A stretch of 64,000 nucleotides of DNA from Desulfatiglandales bacterium (GTDB lineage Bacteria; Desulfobacterota; DSM-4660; Desulfatiglandales; HGW-15): NCBI GenBank assembly GCA_963667015.2, contig CAXXJJ010000004.1, positions 1,760,001 through 1,824,000 of the forward strand, read 5' to 3'. Shown one piece after another: positions 9,174-19,088 of the stretch. The notes beneath the pieces were generated by a model. That model ran no database searches. It was not told the origin of the DNA and saw only the letters and a program-made list of their open reading frames with translations. How positions within the stretch are numbered: position 1 is the first letter of the stretch; every line of letters starts with the position of its first letter. The position numbers and the translations under genes were made by a program.

Positions 9174-10298
9174 ATGAAATCGGTAAAAAAAATATATTCA
9201 AATGTCTTATTACTTACTGTACTCATATTGATAGGTTATGCAACATGCACCTCCGCTGCCAGGATAAAAGATATCGCATCCTTAAAGGGAGTAAGGAGCA
9301 ACCAGCTTGTTGGTTACGGACTTGTTATAGGACTTAACGGAACAGGTGACGGCCAGCAGACTCAGTTTACAACACAGTCACTTGTAAATATGATGGAACG
9401 ACTGGGCGGTATGCATTCGATAGCGGATCAGGTAAAGGTAGATAATATAGCTGGGGTTATTGTTACAGCAGAACTTCCACCCTTTGCCAGAAAGGGAACC
9501 ACTATTGATGTTCTCGTATCTTCCATAGGCGATGCGAAAAGTCTCCAGGGGGGAACACTGGTAATGACATCTCTTAAAGGTGTGGATAATAATATATATG
9601 CGTTAGCCCAGGGCCCCCTGCTTGTTGGAGGATTTGCTTCTTCAGGCGCCGCAGGTGGAGGTGTTTCAAAAAATCATCCGACTGTAGCTAGAATCCCTGG
9701 CGGGGCACTTGTTGAAAAAGAAGTTCCCTTTGAGCTGGAGACACTCGATACTATTACTATAGCACTTGATAAGCCTGATTTCACAACTGCCCTGAGGATC
9801 TCCCAGGCAATAAATAATGAGATGGGAATAATAAAAGCAAAACCTGTTGATGCTGGAACTATTACAATAGATATACCCCAGGCCTATGACGGCAGTCATG
9901 TTTCGCTGGTGGCTTCACTGGAGCAGATCCAGATTCAGCCTGATATGCAGGCAAAGATTGTACTCTCGGAAAGAACCGGTACGGTCATCATGGGTGAAAA
10001 AGTCATGATCTCACCGGTAGCCATTGCCCATGGAAACCTGAGTGTCGAGATCAAGGAAAACAAGGATGTAAGTCAGCCGGCACCTTTCTCCGATGGAGAT
10101 ACAGTTACAACTCCCGATACAGAAATCAATATTTCGGAAGAAAAAAATAAACTTCTGGTGGTATCGCCGGAAAAATCCGACCTTGGAAGCGTTGTAAAGG
10201 CACTTAATGCTATCGGGGTTTCACCAAGAGATCTTATAACTGTTTTCCAGGCAATAAAGGCCAGCGGTGCACTGCAGGCTGACCTTGAAATTATATAA
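9174..10298 (+). CDS. flgI: Flagellar P-ring protein FlgI
   Basis: RIKDIA..GVRSNQLVGYGLVIGLNGTGD; GALQADLEII. Start moved to ATG 9174, which follows a GGAGG RBS. Confidence 0.96.
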   Translation: MKSVKKIYSNVLLLTVLILIGYATCTSAARIKDIASLKGVRSNQLVGYGLVIGLNGTGDGQQTQFTTQSLVNMMERLGGMHSIADQVKVDNIAGVIVTAELPPFARKGTTIDVLVSSIGDAKSLQGGTLVMTSLKGVDNNIYALAQGPLLVGGFASSGAAGGGVSKNHPTVARIPGGALVEKEVPFELETLDTITIALDKPDFTTALRISQAINNEMGIIKAKPVDAGTITIDIPQAYDGSHVSLVASLEQIQIQPDMQAKIVLSERTGTVIMGEKVMISPVAIAHGNLSVEIKENKDVSQPAPFSDGDTVTTPDTEINISEEKNKLLVVSPEKSDLGSVVKALNAIGVSPRDLITVFQAIKASGALQADLEII

Positions 10299-10348
10299 AA
10301 GGAAAGACTGAGCCGGAGTCATAAAAAACATCAGGGAGAAACTCGTTA

Positions 10349-11062
10349 ATGAATGATATTCCAATAAAATCAGGCAACTCTCTACCGGTTAAGAACCCCG
10401 TAGAAGAAAGAGACAAAAAATTAAAAGAGGCCTGTAAACAATTTGAATCTGTATTTACCTATGAAATCCTGAAAACTATGAGAAACAGCATCCAGAAATG
10501 TGATCTATTCAGCGGCGGTCAGGCAGAAGAGGTATATCAATCAATGCTCGACCAGGAATTATCAAAAAATATGGCGGGAAAAGGGAGCAACAGTATTGCA
10601 GATATGCTTTATCAGCAGCTCAAGCATATTGATTATCTGAACGGAAATACCGATATTGAAAGCAACAATGATACCGGGCTTCCAGTCTGGCCAGCGGAGG
10701 GCAGAGTTACCTCTTCCTTTGGATTGAGAAAGGATCCCTTTACAGGAAACAAGAAATTTCATGAAGGAATTGATCTTGCGGCAAAAGAGGGCACAGATGT
10801 TAAGGCTGTAATGGCAGGAAGGGTCCAGATTACTGATGACCAGAAGGGATATGGAAAGGTAGTTGTCCTGGATCATGGCCATGGGTTTACAACACTGTAT
10901 GCCCATAACAGCGATATTACAGTCAAGACCGGTGACTGGGTAACAAAAGGATCAACAATAGCAAAAGTCGGTTCAACAGGAAGAAGTACCGGGTCGCATC
11001 TCCATTTTGAGGTGAGAAGAGATGGAAAAAAACTTGACCCGGAAATTTTTCTTAAAACCTGA
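10349..11062 (+). CDS. flgJ: FlgJ rod-binding domain fused to an M23 metallopeptidase
   Basis: N-terminal LKEACKQFESVF..MR..YQSMLDQELS (rod-binding); C-terminal HEGIDLAA, YAH and STGSHLHFEV (M23 HxxxD/HxH). Confidence 0.88.
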   Translation: MNDIPIKSGNSLPVKNPVEERDKKLKEACKQFESVFTYEILKTMRNSIQKCDLFSGGQAEEVYQSMLDQELSKNMAGKGSNSIADMLYQQLKHIDYLNGNTDIESNNDTGLPVWPAEGRVTSSFGLRKDPFTGNKKFHEGIDLAAKEGTDVKAVMAGRVQITDDQKGYGKVVVLDHGHGFTTLYAHNSDITVKTGDWVTKGSTIAKVGSTGRSTGSHLHFEVRRDGKKLDPEIFLKT

Positions 11063-11101
11063 TCAGGATGATATCGATAATAATTCGATATCATGAATAT
11101 T

Positions 11102-11128
11102 TCAGATTTTTAAGATTTTTACCGATAA
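11102..11128 (+). promoter_or_regulatory. sigma28 (FliA)-type promoter for flgNKL-csrA-fliW
   Basis: TCAG-N15-ACCGATAA, against the consensus TAAA-N15-GCCGATAA. Confidence 0.6.
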
Positions 11129-11145
11129 TAAAGGCAGGGAGCAAT

Positions 11146-11601
11146 ATGGAAAAAGACATTAATATATTAAAGGGCTTGTATCTAAAAAGAATATCACTAT
11201 ATGAAGACCTTCTTGGGTGCATAAAGAGGGAGAGTGATAACCTAATCAGCCAGAATATTAAAGGGATATGGTTTTCTCAGGATGAAAAGAATAAAATCCT
11301 GGAGGCCATAGAGGAAAACACAAGATGTTTTCCGGAAAGTTCCAGATCTAATCCTCTACCTGCAGATGTTTCGCGGCATGACAGGGATAGAATTATGCAG
11401 CTTAAAAGAAAACTTATGAATCTGAAACAGGAAATAAGCGTCAGGGTCAAAGAAAATATATCATTTGTCAATGAAACACTGGGTTTTATTAACGATATAT
11501 TTTCATCACTCGCCAAATCAGATAAAAAGCCGGATACATACAGTCGCAACCTTAAAAAGAGGAATGCGACATCCAACCTTATTTATCGTAATGAGGTCTA
11601 A
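11146..11601 (+). CDS. flgN: Flagellar export chaperone FlgN
   Basis: Coiled-coil protein directly before flgK with ..EN..F..E.L.F..and TY motifs; ATG 11146 follows a GGGAG RBS. Confidence 0.75.
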   Translation: MEKDINILKGLYLKRISLYEDLLGCIKRESDNLISQNIKGIWFSQDEKNKILEAIEENTRCFPESSRSNPLPADVSRHDRDRIMQLKRKLMNLKQEISVRVKENISFVNETLGFINDIFSSLAKSDKKPDTYSRNLKKRNATSNLIYRNEV

Positions 11602-11603
11602 AA

Positions 11604-13640
11604 ATGAGTGGAATCGGCCTGGTACTTAATATAGCGAAGGATGCCCTTTTAACACAGCAGTACGCAATGGATATTATTTCACATAACATTGCAAATGTGA
11701 GTACTGAAGGTTATTCAAGACAGGTTGCAACGATGGTGGTAAATGAGCCTGCCCCCTACGCCGGTCTGGTCTTCGGCCGCGGTGTAACGTTAACTGATAT
11801 TGAAAGCGTCACCAATGATTTCATAGAAAAGCGTCTTCAGAGTTCTACAAGTGATCTTTCAATGATGACTGAAAAAGAAACCTATATGAATATCCTGGAG
11901 ACTATATTTAACGAAAATTCAAAAAGCAGCACAAGCAGTCTGCTCGATGATTTCTGGAATGCATTGGATGACCTGAACAATAACCCATCAGGCGTAGCTG
12001 AAAGAACCATTCTTATAGAATACGGTTCGATTCTGTCCAAGAGTTTTCAGGAGACAAGTGATGACCTGTTAAAACTGAGGAAAGATCTGGATACTTCAAT
12101 CGACGCAGGGGTTGATAATGTAAACCAGATTGTCGATCAGATTGCAGGTTTAAATAGACAGATAATCCTTGTTAAGACAACAGGAACTCCCAATGATCTG
12201 ATAGATAAAAGAACTTCTCTGGTAAAACAACTGTCGACATACATGGATATAAACGCCTATGAATATGATGATGGCAGCCTTACCGTAGCGACCCCAAAAG
12301 GGTTTGTGCTGGTCAACAGGCAGGACTCATACCACCTTGACTTCAACGGGACTGATGTTATCTGGGAAAATAATTCCACTCCTATAACAGAAAATATAAC
12401 AGGCGGAAGGCTGGGAGCATGGCTGGATTTGAGGGATGAAACACTCCCTACATATATGTCCAACCTCGATGAACTTGCAAAATCAATAACATGGGAAATT
12501 AACAGTGCTCACAGTCAGGGTGTAGGACTGACAGGTTTTACCTCTCTCACAGGCAGTTATCAGGCCACGGATAGAAACGAAGTAATGGGGAATGTAGATT
12601 CCGGCCTTGACTTTTATGACAAGATAACAGATGGAAGCTTTAAGCTATGGCTATATGATGAAAACGGTGGTGTAGTCGGTGAGGCGACTCTACCTATAGA
12701 TGCGGATACAACGACCCTGGATAATCTATCCTCTGCAATTAACGGGTTGACTATCAACGGTGAAGATGCCTTTAACTCATCAATACAGGACGGTGCGTTG
12801 AGCCTTGAGATAGATCAGACAACTCATTCCGGTTATACATTTGCCTTTTCCGATGACAACAGCAACATACTTGCTACTCTTGGAATAAATTCATTTTTCA
12901 CATCATCCAATGCCAGGAATATGGGCATAAATGAGGGTATCCTTTCAGATGTGAACAATATCGCAGCAAGTAAGATAAACAATAATGTAGGTTATGCGAA
13001 AGGAGATTCTTCAAATACATCAACAGGAATTCTTACAACATCGGGGCCATATACAGGAACAGAAGATGGATCATTTGAAATAGAAATCACAGCAGGTGGA
13101 AATTTCATATGGAGAAAGGACAGCGGTGCCTGGTCTGCCGACACAGCCTTTATCTCCGGCAATACATATCCAATAGGAGCTGAAGGAGTTACGATAACCT
13201 TCAACGGAGCATTTTCAGCCGGAGACAACTATTCTATTGATGTAACACAATCATCTGACACGTATGGCGAATTTTCTCCCGGCGATAATTCAAATTCCCT
13301 TACTCTTTCAAACCTCCAGTATCAGAATGTAGCAGTAAAGCAGTGGGAGTATTCAAGAGAAGAGGGAACCAGGACGCTGGATATTACAAACTCTACTATA
13401 AGCGAATACCTGCATCAGATGGTTGGAGCAATAGGAATCGACAGCCAGAGTATCCAGCGGGAAAAAACCTACACCCAGACGATACAGGATCAGTTGAGCG
13501 CAACAAGGGATAATATATCAGGGGTTTCACTGGATGAAGAGATGGCTAACCTTATCAAGTACCAGCACGCCTATTCGGCAGCGGCTAAATTAATAACCAC
13601 CGCCCAGGAGATGCTTGACACAATTCTCCAGGCGGTATAA
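11604..13640 (+). CDS. flgK: Hook-associated protein FlgK
   Basis: SHNIANVSTEGYSRQ; SGVSLDEEMANLIKYQHAYSAAAK. Confidence 0.97.
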   Translation: MSGIGLVLNIAKDALLTQQYAMDIISHNIANVSTEGYSRQVATMVVNEPAPYAGLVFGRGVTLTDIESVTNDFIEKRLQSSTSDLSMMTEKETYMNILETIFNENSKSSTSSLLDDFWNALDDLNNNPSGVAERTILIEYGSILSKSFQETSDDLLKLRKDLDTSIDAGVDNVNQIVDQIAGLNRQIILVKTTGTPNDLIDKRTSLVKQLSTYMDINAYEYDDGSLTVATPKGFVLVNRQDSYHLDFNGTDVIWENNSTPITENITGGRLGAWLDLRDETLPTYMSNLDELAKSITWEINSAHSQGVGLTGFTSLTGSYQATDRNEVMGNVDSGLDFYDKITDGSFKLWLYDENGGVVGEATLPIDADTTTLDNLSSAINGLTINGEDAFNSSIQDGALSLEIDQTTHSGYTFAFSDDNSNILATLGINSFFTSSNARNMGINEGILSDVNNIAASKINNNVGYAKGDSSNTSTGILTTSGPYTGTEDGSFEIEITAGGNFIWRKDSGAWSADTAFISGNTYPIGAEGVTITFNGAFSAGDNYSIDVTQSSDTYGEFSPGDNSNSLTLSNLQYQNVAVKQWEYSREEGTRTLDITNSTISEYLHQMVGAIGIDSQSIQREKTYTQTIQDQLSATRDNISGVSLDEEMANLIKYQHAYSAAAKLITTAQEMLDTILQAV

Positions 13641-13651
13641 CAGGATAAGAC

Positions 13652-14548
13652 ATGAGAGTAGCAAACAAAACTTTATATGATACAGCCCTGAGAAATCTTG
13701 GAAAAACTTCCACTGATATGGTTGAAGCAAATGAAGTTGTATCAACCTCAAAAAGGATTAATAATATTTCCGATGACCCAGTTGGGCTTGTGAGTGTACT
13801 TGATCTTAAATCGTCTATTTCCAATCTGAATCAGATGGAGAGGAACATCTCAATGGGAAAGTCATGGCTTAATGCCTCCGAATCGGCATTTACCCAGCTT
13901 AATGATATTATTACAGCTGCAAAGGAACTTACTGTGTCCATGGCAAGCGCAAATATCGGCTCATCGGAAAGATCAAACAATGCCAATCTTGTTCAGGGAT
14001 ACCTCGAAGAGGTAATCAGTCTTGCAAACAGTTCATCAGGAGGCAGATACCTGTTTGGGGGAACCAATACCGACACAATACCTTTCACCCTGGATGCAGC
14101 TGGATCGACGGTTACATATTCGGGAAACGATACAGCTTTTTCATTAAACATCGGTAAAGATACTGTTATAGCTGTGGGTCAGGATGGAAAAAATATTTTT
14201 GGTGGAAGCTGGGATAATTCAAATATCTTCAAGACATTTATCGATCTGAAAACGAGTCTGGAAAGTAATGATATAGAGGGCATTCAGAGTGCCATGTCAA
14301 ATCTTGACATCCACCTCAGAAGCGTAAACGGAAACATCTCAGAGATCGCAGGTAAAACCATAAGACTTGAAGTTAAAAGTAATATAGTTGCAGACCTTGA
14401 ATTAAGCAATACTGAAAGGATTTCTAATATTGAAGATGCGGATCTTGCCGAGGCAGTTATATCCCTTAAATCAAAAGAACTGGCTTATCAGGCAGCATTA
14501 TCTTCATCATCTAAAATAATGCAGATGAGCCTTGTAGATTATCTCTAG
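13652..14548 (+). CDS. flgL: Hook-associated protein FlgL
   Basis: MRVA..KRINNISDDP, GRYLFGG, IEDADLAE..YQAAL..SLVDYL. Confidence 0.96.
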   Translation: MRVANKTLYDTALRNLGKTSTDMVEANEVVSTSKRINNISDDPVGLVSVLDLKSSISNLNQMERNISMGKSWLNASESAFTQLNDIITAAKELTVSMASANIGSSERSNNANLVQGYLEEVISLANSSSGGRYLFGGTNTDTIPFTLDAAGSTVTYSGNDTAFSLNIGKDTVIAVGQDGKNIFGGSWDNSNIFKTFIDLKTSLESNDIEGIQSAMSNLDIHLRSVNGNISEIAGKTIRLEVKSNIVADLELSNTERISNIEDADLAEAVISLKSKELAYQAALSSSSKIMQMSLVDYL

Positions 14549-14633
14549 TTGAACCTGACAAATGACAGTTAACCGGATTTTTATTCAACCAGCATTATCA
14601 TAAACAATAATCCTGGAGCCATGGAGGGTACCA

Positions 14634-14873
14634 GTGCTTGTATTAACAAGAAAAATAGATGAAAGCATTACAATCGGACATTCTATAACGATCTCTGTCC
14701 TTGAAGTTAAGGGGAATCAGGTAAAACTTGGAGTAAAAGCGCCAAAGAACGTACTTATTAACAGAACCGAAGTATATGAAAAAATAATGAGTGAAAATAT
14801 AAAAGCTTCAGAGGCGCCGACTGATCTGGATCAATTCCTGACCTCTATGGATTTTAATAAAGAAGGTAAATGA
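14634..14873 (+). CDS. csrA: Carbon storage regulator CsrA
   Basis: [32 protein letters not shown] start. Confidence 0.96.
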   Translation: MLVLTRKIDESITIGHSITISVLEVKGNQVKLGVKAPKNVLINRTEVYEKIMSENIKASEAPTDLDQFLTSMDFNKEGK

Positions 14874-15304
14874 TGATATTAAAAACAACAAGATTTGGTG
14901 AAATAGAGATTGATGAAAGCCGGGTAATTAATTTTCCTGAAGGGTTAATAGGATTCCCGGAAGATAAAAAGTATATTGTGATGGAACACAAACCTGATTC
15001 GCCATTTATGTGGCTCCAGTCGCTTACATCTCCGGGTCTTGCATTTGTGATAATGAATCCGTTCCAGGTTTATCCTGCCTATCTGAAAGATATATCACCA
15101 GAAGAAGAAAAGGCCCTGAAACCCGGCAATAATGAAGAGGTCATGGTTTTTGCGATTGTAACAATCCCTAATGGCAGGGCCACAGAATCCACAGTAAACC
15201 TTATGGGCCCGGTTGTTATTGATTCTGAGGAAAGGAAAGGTAAACAGGTAATCCTGGCCAACTCCGGTTATAACCATCGTCATCCGTTGAATATAAAAAA
15301 ATGA
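14870..15304 (+). CDS. fliW: Flagellar assembly factor FliW
   Basis: [28 protein letters not shown]; adjacent to csrA. Confidence 0.96.
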   Translation: MMILKTTRFGEIEIDESRVINFPEGLIGFPEDKKYIVMEHKPDSPFMWLQSLTSPGLAFVIMNPFQVYPAYLKDISPEEEKALKPGNNEEVMVFAIVTIPNGRATESTVNLMGPVVIDSEERKGKQVILANSGYNHRHPLNIKK

Positions 15305-15505
15305 ACTAACTAGCCACAGGCAGCTGGGTATCGATCAGGGAGTAAACCGGTTTAATCGTCGCAAGTAAAGAGGTATTAGAACTTGCGCTTCGCAATAAAA
15401 TACATAGCAATTTCAACTTAAAATTAATTAATATCTGTACAATAAACTTGTAAATATCAACTTGATGTATTATATTATATGGCAATTTTCATCAAGGATT
15501 CATAA

Positions 15506-15736
15506 ATGAAAATCAATACAGATTTGGCGCTTATACCTGTTTATCAGGAAATCCAGCCTGTAGAGAATACATCAAGAAAAAATGTCATTGTTTCTGATAC
15601 GCAGGAGGAGAGACTTGTCCGCATATCACCATACTCCGGTTCAAAATTCAGGCGTATCGGGAGTATCTATGACAGGATGGGAGGAGAGAAGAACAAAACC
15701 GGGACGATTGGAGAAAACATCGATCTCTACGTCTGA
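15506..15736 (+). CDS. Small hypothetical protein with a YjfB-like C-terminus
   Basis: 76-aa ORF ending GENIDLYV (GxxIDxxV), next to flagellar genes; AAGGA RBS. Confidence 0.6.
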   Translation: MKINTDLALIPVYQEIQPVENTSRKNVIVSDTQEERLVRISPYSGSKFRRIGSIYDRMGGEKNKTGTIGENIDLYV

Positions 15737-15747
15737 TGGCAATCCTG

Positions 15748-16464
15748 TCAATCGTCAAGCCCTCCCCTTTTCTTTAATATCCTTCGCTGGCAATAATAAA
15801 TAAATCTTTTTAATTTATCCTCTTCCTTTTTATCAATCTCAATAAATTTAAGTCCGTAGTTGGATCTGTCGCTATCATCTATTTTTTCAATCCTGACAAT
15901 CTCAATTGAATGTATATATATTTTTACTGAAATGTCCTGCTGTTTAGAGGACAAAACCAGACCTTTAAGTCTGTTTCCCTTAAATAGAATCCCGCTCTTG
16001 TGATATACGGTCTTAAGACTGACAAGAAGCCCGCCTGCGCTGACATTCATAACATCAAATTCATACTGGTCATTACTATTTGAGTAAATCAAGCGGCAGC
16101 CTGAAGGAACAGGTATCCTGAAGGTTTTTCTTCTCTGAGATCTTTCAATGAATTCAGGAAAATCAAACTTTATTCTTTTTCCGAAGATGCTATGAACGGT
16201 AGTTTTAAAACTGTGTTTTATCTTGTCTTCATCGCTGAATTCAAAATAGCATTTTTTTCCAACTGAAAGTGGTACAGGAGAATTTCCCCCACCCGGGTAG
16301 TCAATAAAAAAACGAGGCTGTTCGCCATCAGATACTCCCAGTATTATGGTAAGACCTTCAAAATCAGTACCCATTACATGTATATTCAGGATAACATGAT
16401 TGTTTTTTAACTGTTTAAGGATTTCAAATATCTTTTTACCACTGATCTTTTCAGAATCATCCAT
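15748..16464 (-). CDS. PilZ domain c-di-GMP effector, YcgR/flagellar brake-like
   Basis: QRRKTFR (RxxxR) and NVSAGG (D/NxSxxG) motifs after an N-terminal beta domain. Confidence 0.85.
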   Translation of the reverse strand: MDDSEKISGKKIFEILKQLKNNHVILNIHVMGTDFEGLTIILGVSDGEQPRFFIDYPGGGNSPVPLSVGKKCYFEFSDEDKIKHSFKTTVHSIFGKRIKFDFPEFIERSQRRKTFRIPVPSGCRLIYSNSNDQYEFDVMNVSAGGLLVSLKTVYHKSGILFKGNRLKGLVLSSKQQDISVKIYIHSIEIVRIEKIDDSDRSNYGLKFIEIDKKEEDKLKRFIYYCQRRILKKRGGLDD

Positions 16465-16517
16465 AATTAAATATTCCTTAAATCTGACGAATAATTCACC
16501 TTATAATCATTATCCGA

Positions 16518-16533
16518 TGCAATACCCATGCCC
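16518..16533 (-). promoter_or_regulatory. sigma54 promoter of the PilZ gene
   Basis: Minus strand GGGCATGGGTATTGCA (GG-N10-GC). Confidence 0.6.
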
Positions 16534-16561
16534 TTCTTAACAGTATGTATCCGGTCACGTG

Positions 16562-17242
16562 TTACAGTTTTTTATTTTTATCTGACTTCATTACTGTATA
16601 GTGTATTAAACCATAAACAATAAGTATCAGGACAATAAAGGCCACAATCAATATAAAGTGTTCTGCTATGATTCCCTTCCCCTTGAGAACAAGCTCTCCA
16701 TAGGACATATCAACAAACAGACTCCCGAAATAATATCCTATACCAAGGAGAATCAGGGACCATATTCCTGCGCCAAGGCCTGTAAAAAAACTGAATTTTG
16801 AAAGAGGCATCCTTGAGATACCGGCGGGTAGAGATATTAACTGCCTGATTGCAGGAAGAAGGCGGCATATAAAAGTGGTTATATCTCCATATCTTAAAAA
16901 AATCTCCTCCGCCCTTGTAAGCACCCCCGGCTTAATAAAAAAATATTTCCCGTATTTGTACAGGAATGGTCGCCCCAGAGACATGGCTAGATAATAATTG
17001 ATATAAGCGCCGACAAGAGAACCAGAAAGTCCGCACAGGAATACGATAGTGATATCAACCAGTGGCTGCCCGAAGGTCAATTCGCCCCTGGCTGCCATAA
17101 ATCCGGCCGGAATCATTATTACTTCACTGGGAAAAGGTATAAAGGAACTCTCAATGGTCATCAGGATGAAAACCATCAAAAATCCCCAAACATATGCGTA
17201 TTCAACTGCCCATTCAATATGTTCAATAAGTATGTTTTCCAT
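16562..17242 (-). CDS. DedA family membrane protein
   Basis: IESSFIPFPSEVIMIPAGF; CRLLPAIRQLISLPAG. Confidence 0.93.
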   Translation of the reverse strand: MENILIEHIEWAVEYAYVWGFLMVFILMTIESSFIPFPSEVIMIPAGFMAARGELTFGQPLVDITIVFLCGLSGSLVGAYINYYLAMSLGRPFLYKYGKYFFIKPGVLTRAEEIFLRYGDITTFICRLLPAIRQLISLPAGISRMPLSKFSFFTGLGAGIWSLILLGIGYYFGSLFVDMSYGELVLKGKGIIAEHFILIVAFIVLILIVYGLIHYTVMKSDKNKKL

Positions 17243-17251
17243 CTATTTCCA

Positions 17252-18811
17252 TTATTGAGGTTGATGTCCAGTATCCATGAGATCAAAAACGGTTTTAACA
17301 GGGCTGAATGTGGCGGCAGGCACCTCAACGAATACAGTATTCCAGTAAGCCATTGAACCGTTCCATAAACCGGGGAGCTCCATGGCCTTGAGCGCCCTGC
17401 CGTTCTTTGATTTACTTGATATAAAGCCTGCATCATTATCAACAAACATTTTAAGATCAAATAGATTGCCATTATAGTCACGTACACCGCATACCAGATC
17501 AACAGGATTAAAATGTGTTGCAGATTCAAGAATCTGTTTCTGATCATTTTTACTCTTATCAATCTGCGATGCTTCAACAATCTGTATTGATATGCCCTTC
17601 CCTTTCTTTTCCACCCAGAAAGGCCCACCGCCTGGCGCCCCGGTGTTTTCAACCATTCCGCAGACCCTTAATGGCCGGTTGAGTATCTTAATAAGATACT
17701 TTTCTTTTTCTAGGTTACTGCCGTTTAATATACCTCCCGGAGGGATAATGGATAACTTTTTATGAATAAAAGCAAAAATCATTTGAAAGGAATCACCATC
17801 TGCCCGTCCTTCCATAAGTGTCTCGAGGTATTCGAACATCTCTTTCTGGAGAGAAATTAAAAGGCCTCCAAGAGCCTTTTTATACCGGTATGTTAAATCC
17901 TTGAACTTATCGATAACAACATTATCAATGTTTTTAATAAAGATAATATCTCCCTTGAGTTCTGATAAATTTTCTATGAGAGCACCATGACCCCCAGGCC
18001 GAAAGAGGAGAGAACCGTCATCTTCTCTGAACGGTTTATTATCCAGATCGACAGCAATGGTATCAGTCGAATGTTTCTGATATGAGTAACCAATATCATA
18101 TGCTGCCCCATCCTTTTCATAGCCGTTAAGGACATTAATGATAAATTCCTTTACCAGTTTTTCATGCTCCGGGGACACAGTAAAATGAATCCTGATTTTT
18201 CCATTTTTATCCTTTGTATAGTTAAAGGCCTCAACAAGATGTTCTTCAAAGGGGGTTCGCGAGGCATCATTATATTTATGAAAAGGAATTAATCCCTTGG
18301 GAATATTTGAGAGGTTAAGCCCTTTTTCAAATAACAGATATTCAAGTATTGTTTTTATCTGCCTGTTTTCAATACAATCCTCAAGATCTTCACCACTATC
18401 TTTCATTTTTGCCTTCAGCTCATCATAAAATGCATACCTGTCAATTTCTCTAATAAAGGATGACAGGGCTTCATCTGTATTATCTACTGCTTTGCCCTGA
18501 GAATCACAGCTGCCATAGAAAGCATTATATGCGCCTAACAGCAACTTGAACATCCTGGTGGCAGCACCGGAGGCAGGAACAAACTTCATACACCTGCTAT
18601 TACTCTGTGCATTGTTAAAAACCTGCATATACTTTTCTATATCCTTATCATCCAGGACGATTATTCCATCACCTGTTGTGCATGGTTTGACAATTTTGGT
18701 AAATGGCATACCCTTTTTAAATTTTTCAATCTGATCGAGTACCTGTTCAGGAGTCAATCCATGTGCAGATATTTCTTCAAGATCAGCCGTGGTAAAAATG
18801 GAAGTACTCAT
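17252..18811 (-). CDS. DUF4301 family protein
   Basis: KFVPASGAATRMFK, FRPGGHGAL, FIKNIDNV, GGGPFW, THFNPVD, ELPGLWNGSM, FSPVKTV. Start placed at ATG 18811 after GGAG. Confidence 0.88.
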   Translation of the reverse strand: MSTSIFTTADLEEISAHGLTPEQVLDQIEKFKKGMPFTKIVKPCTTGDGIIVLDDKDIEKYMQVFNNAQSNSRCMKFVPASGAATRMFKLLLGAYNAFYGSCDSQGKAVDNTDEALSSFIREIDRYAFYDELKAKMKDSGEDLEDCIENRQIKTILEYLLFEKGLNLSNIPKGLIPFHKYNDASRTPFEEHLVEAFNYTKDKNGKIRIHFTVSPEHEKLVKEFIINVLNGYEKDGAAYDIGYSYQKHSTDTIAVDLDNKPFREDDGSLLFRPGGHGALIENLSELKGDIIFIKNIDNVVIDKFKDLTYRYKKALGGLLISLQKEMFEYLETLMEGRADGDSFQMIFAFIHKKLSIIPPGGILNGSNLEKEKYLIKILNRPLRVCGMVENTGAPGGGPFWVEKKGKGISIQIVEASQIDKSKNDQKQILESATHFNPVDLVCGVRDYNGNLFDLKMFVDNDAGFISSKSKNGRALKAMELPGLWNGSMAYWNTVFVEVPAATFSPVKTVFDLMDTGHQPQ

Positions 18812-18872
18812 AACCGCTCCGTACATAGTGAATAACATTTCAATTTTGTATAGAATGAAAATTTATTTTAAA

Positions 18873-18888
18873 AGCAATTATCATGCCA
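18873..18888 (-). promoter_or_regulatory. sigma54 promoter of the DUF4301-DedA operon
   Basis: Minus strand TGGCATGATAATTGCT. Confidence 0.8.
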
Positions 18889-18979
18889 ATACAATGTTAT
18901 TATCAGTACCTTATTCTACTCTTTTCATAAAAACAGGGTGGAATGATCTCAGCGATGCCTTGTAAAATGATTTTTATGG

Positions 18980-18996
18980 ATAACTGCATCAGTTAT
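18980..18996. promoter_or_regulatory. Palindrome, candidate sigma54 activator binding site
   Basis: ATAACTG-CAT-CAGTTAT, with a second half-site ATAACTGC at 19013; about 100 bp upstream of the sigma54 site. Confidence 0.5.
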
Positions 18997-19088
18997 TCGA
19001 TTTCTCTGATTTATAACTGCGCATACTTGACTGAGAAGGCGCCGTTCTGGCACATTATTTTTTCTTAAGGCATTTAAAATGATCTTTC

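Noticed and set aside
15310..15400. Hairpin CGCAAGT..ACTTGCG after fliW as a possible sRNA or riboswitch
   Set aside because: No recognisable family consensus and no supporting promoter or terminator.
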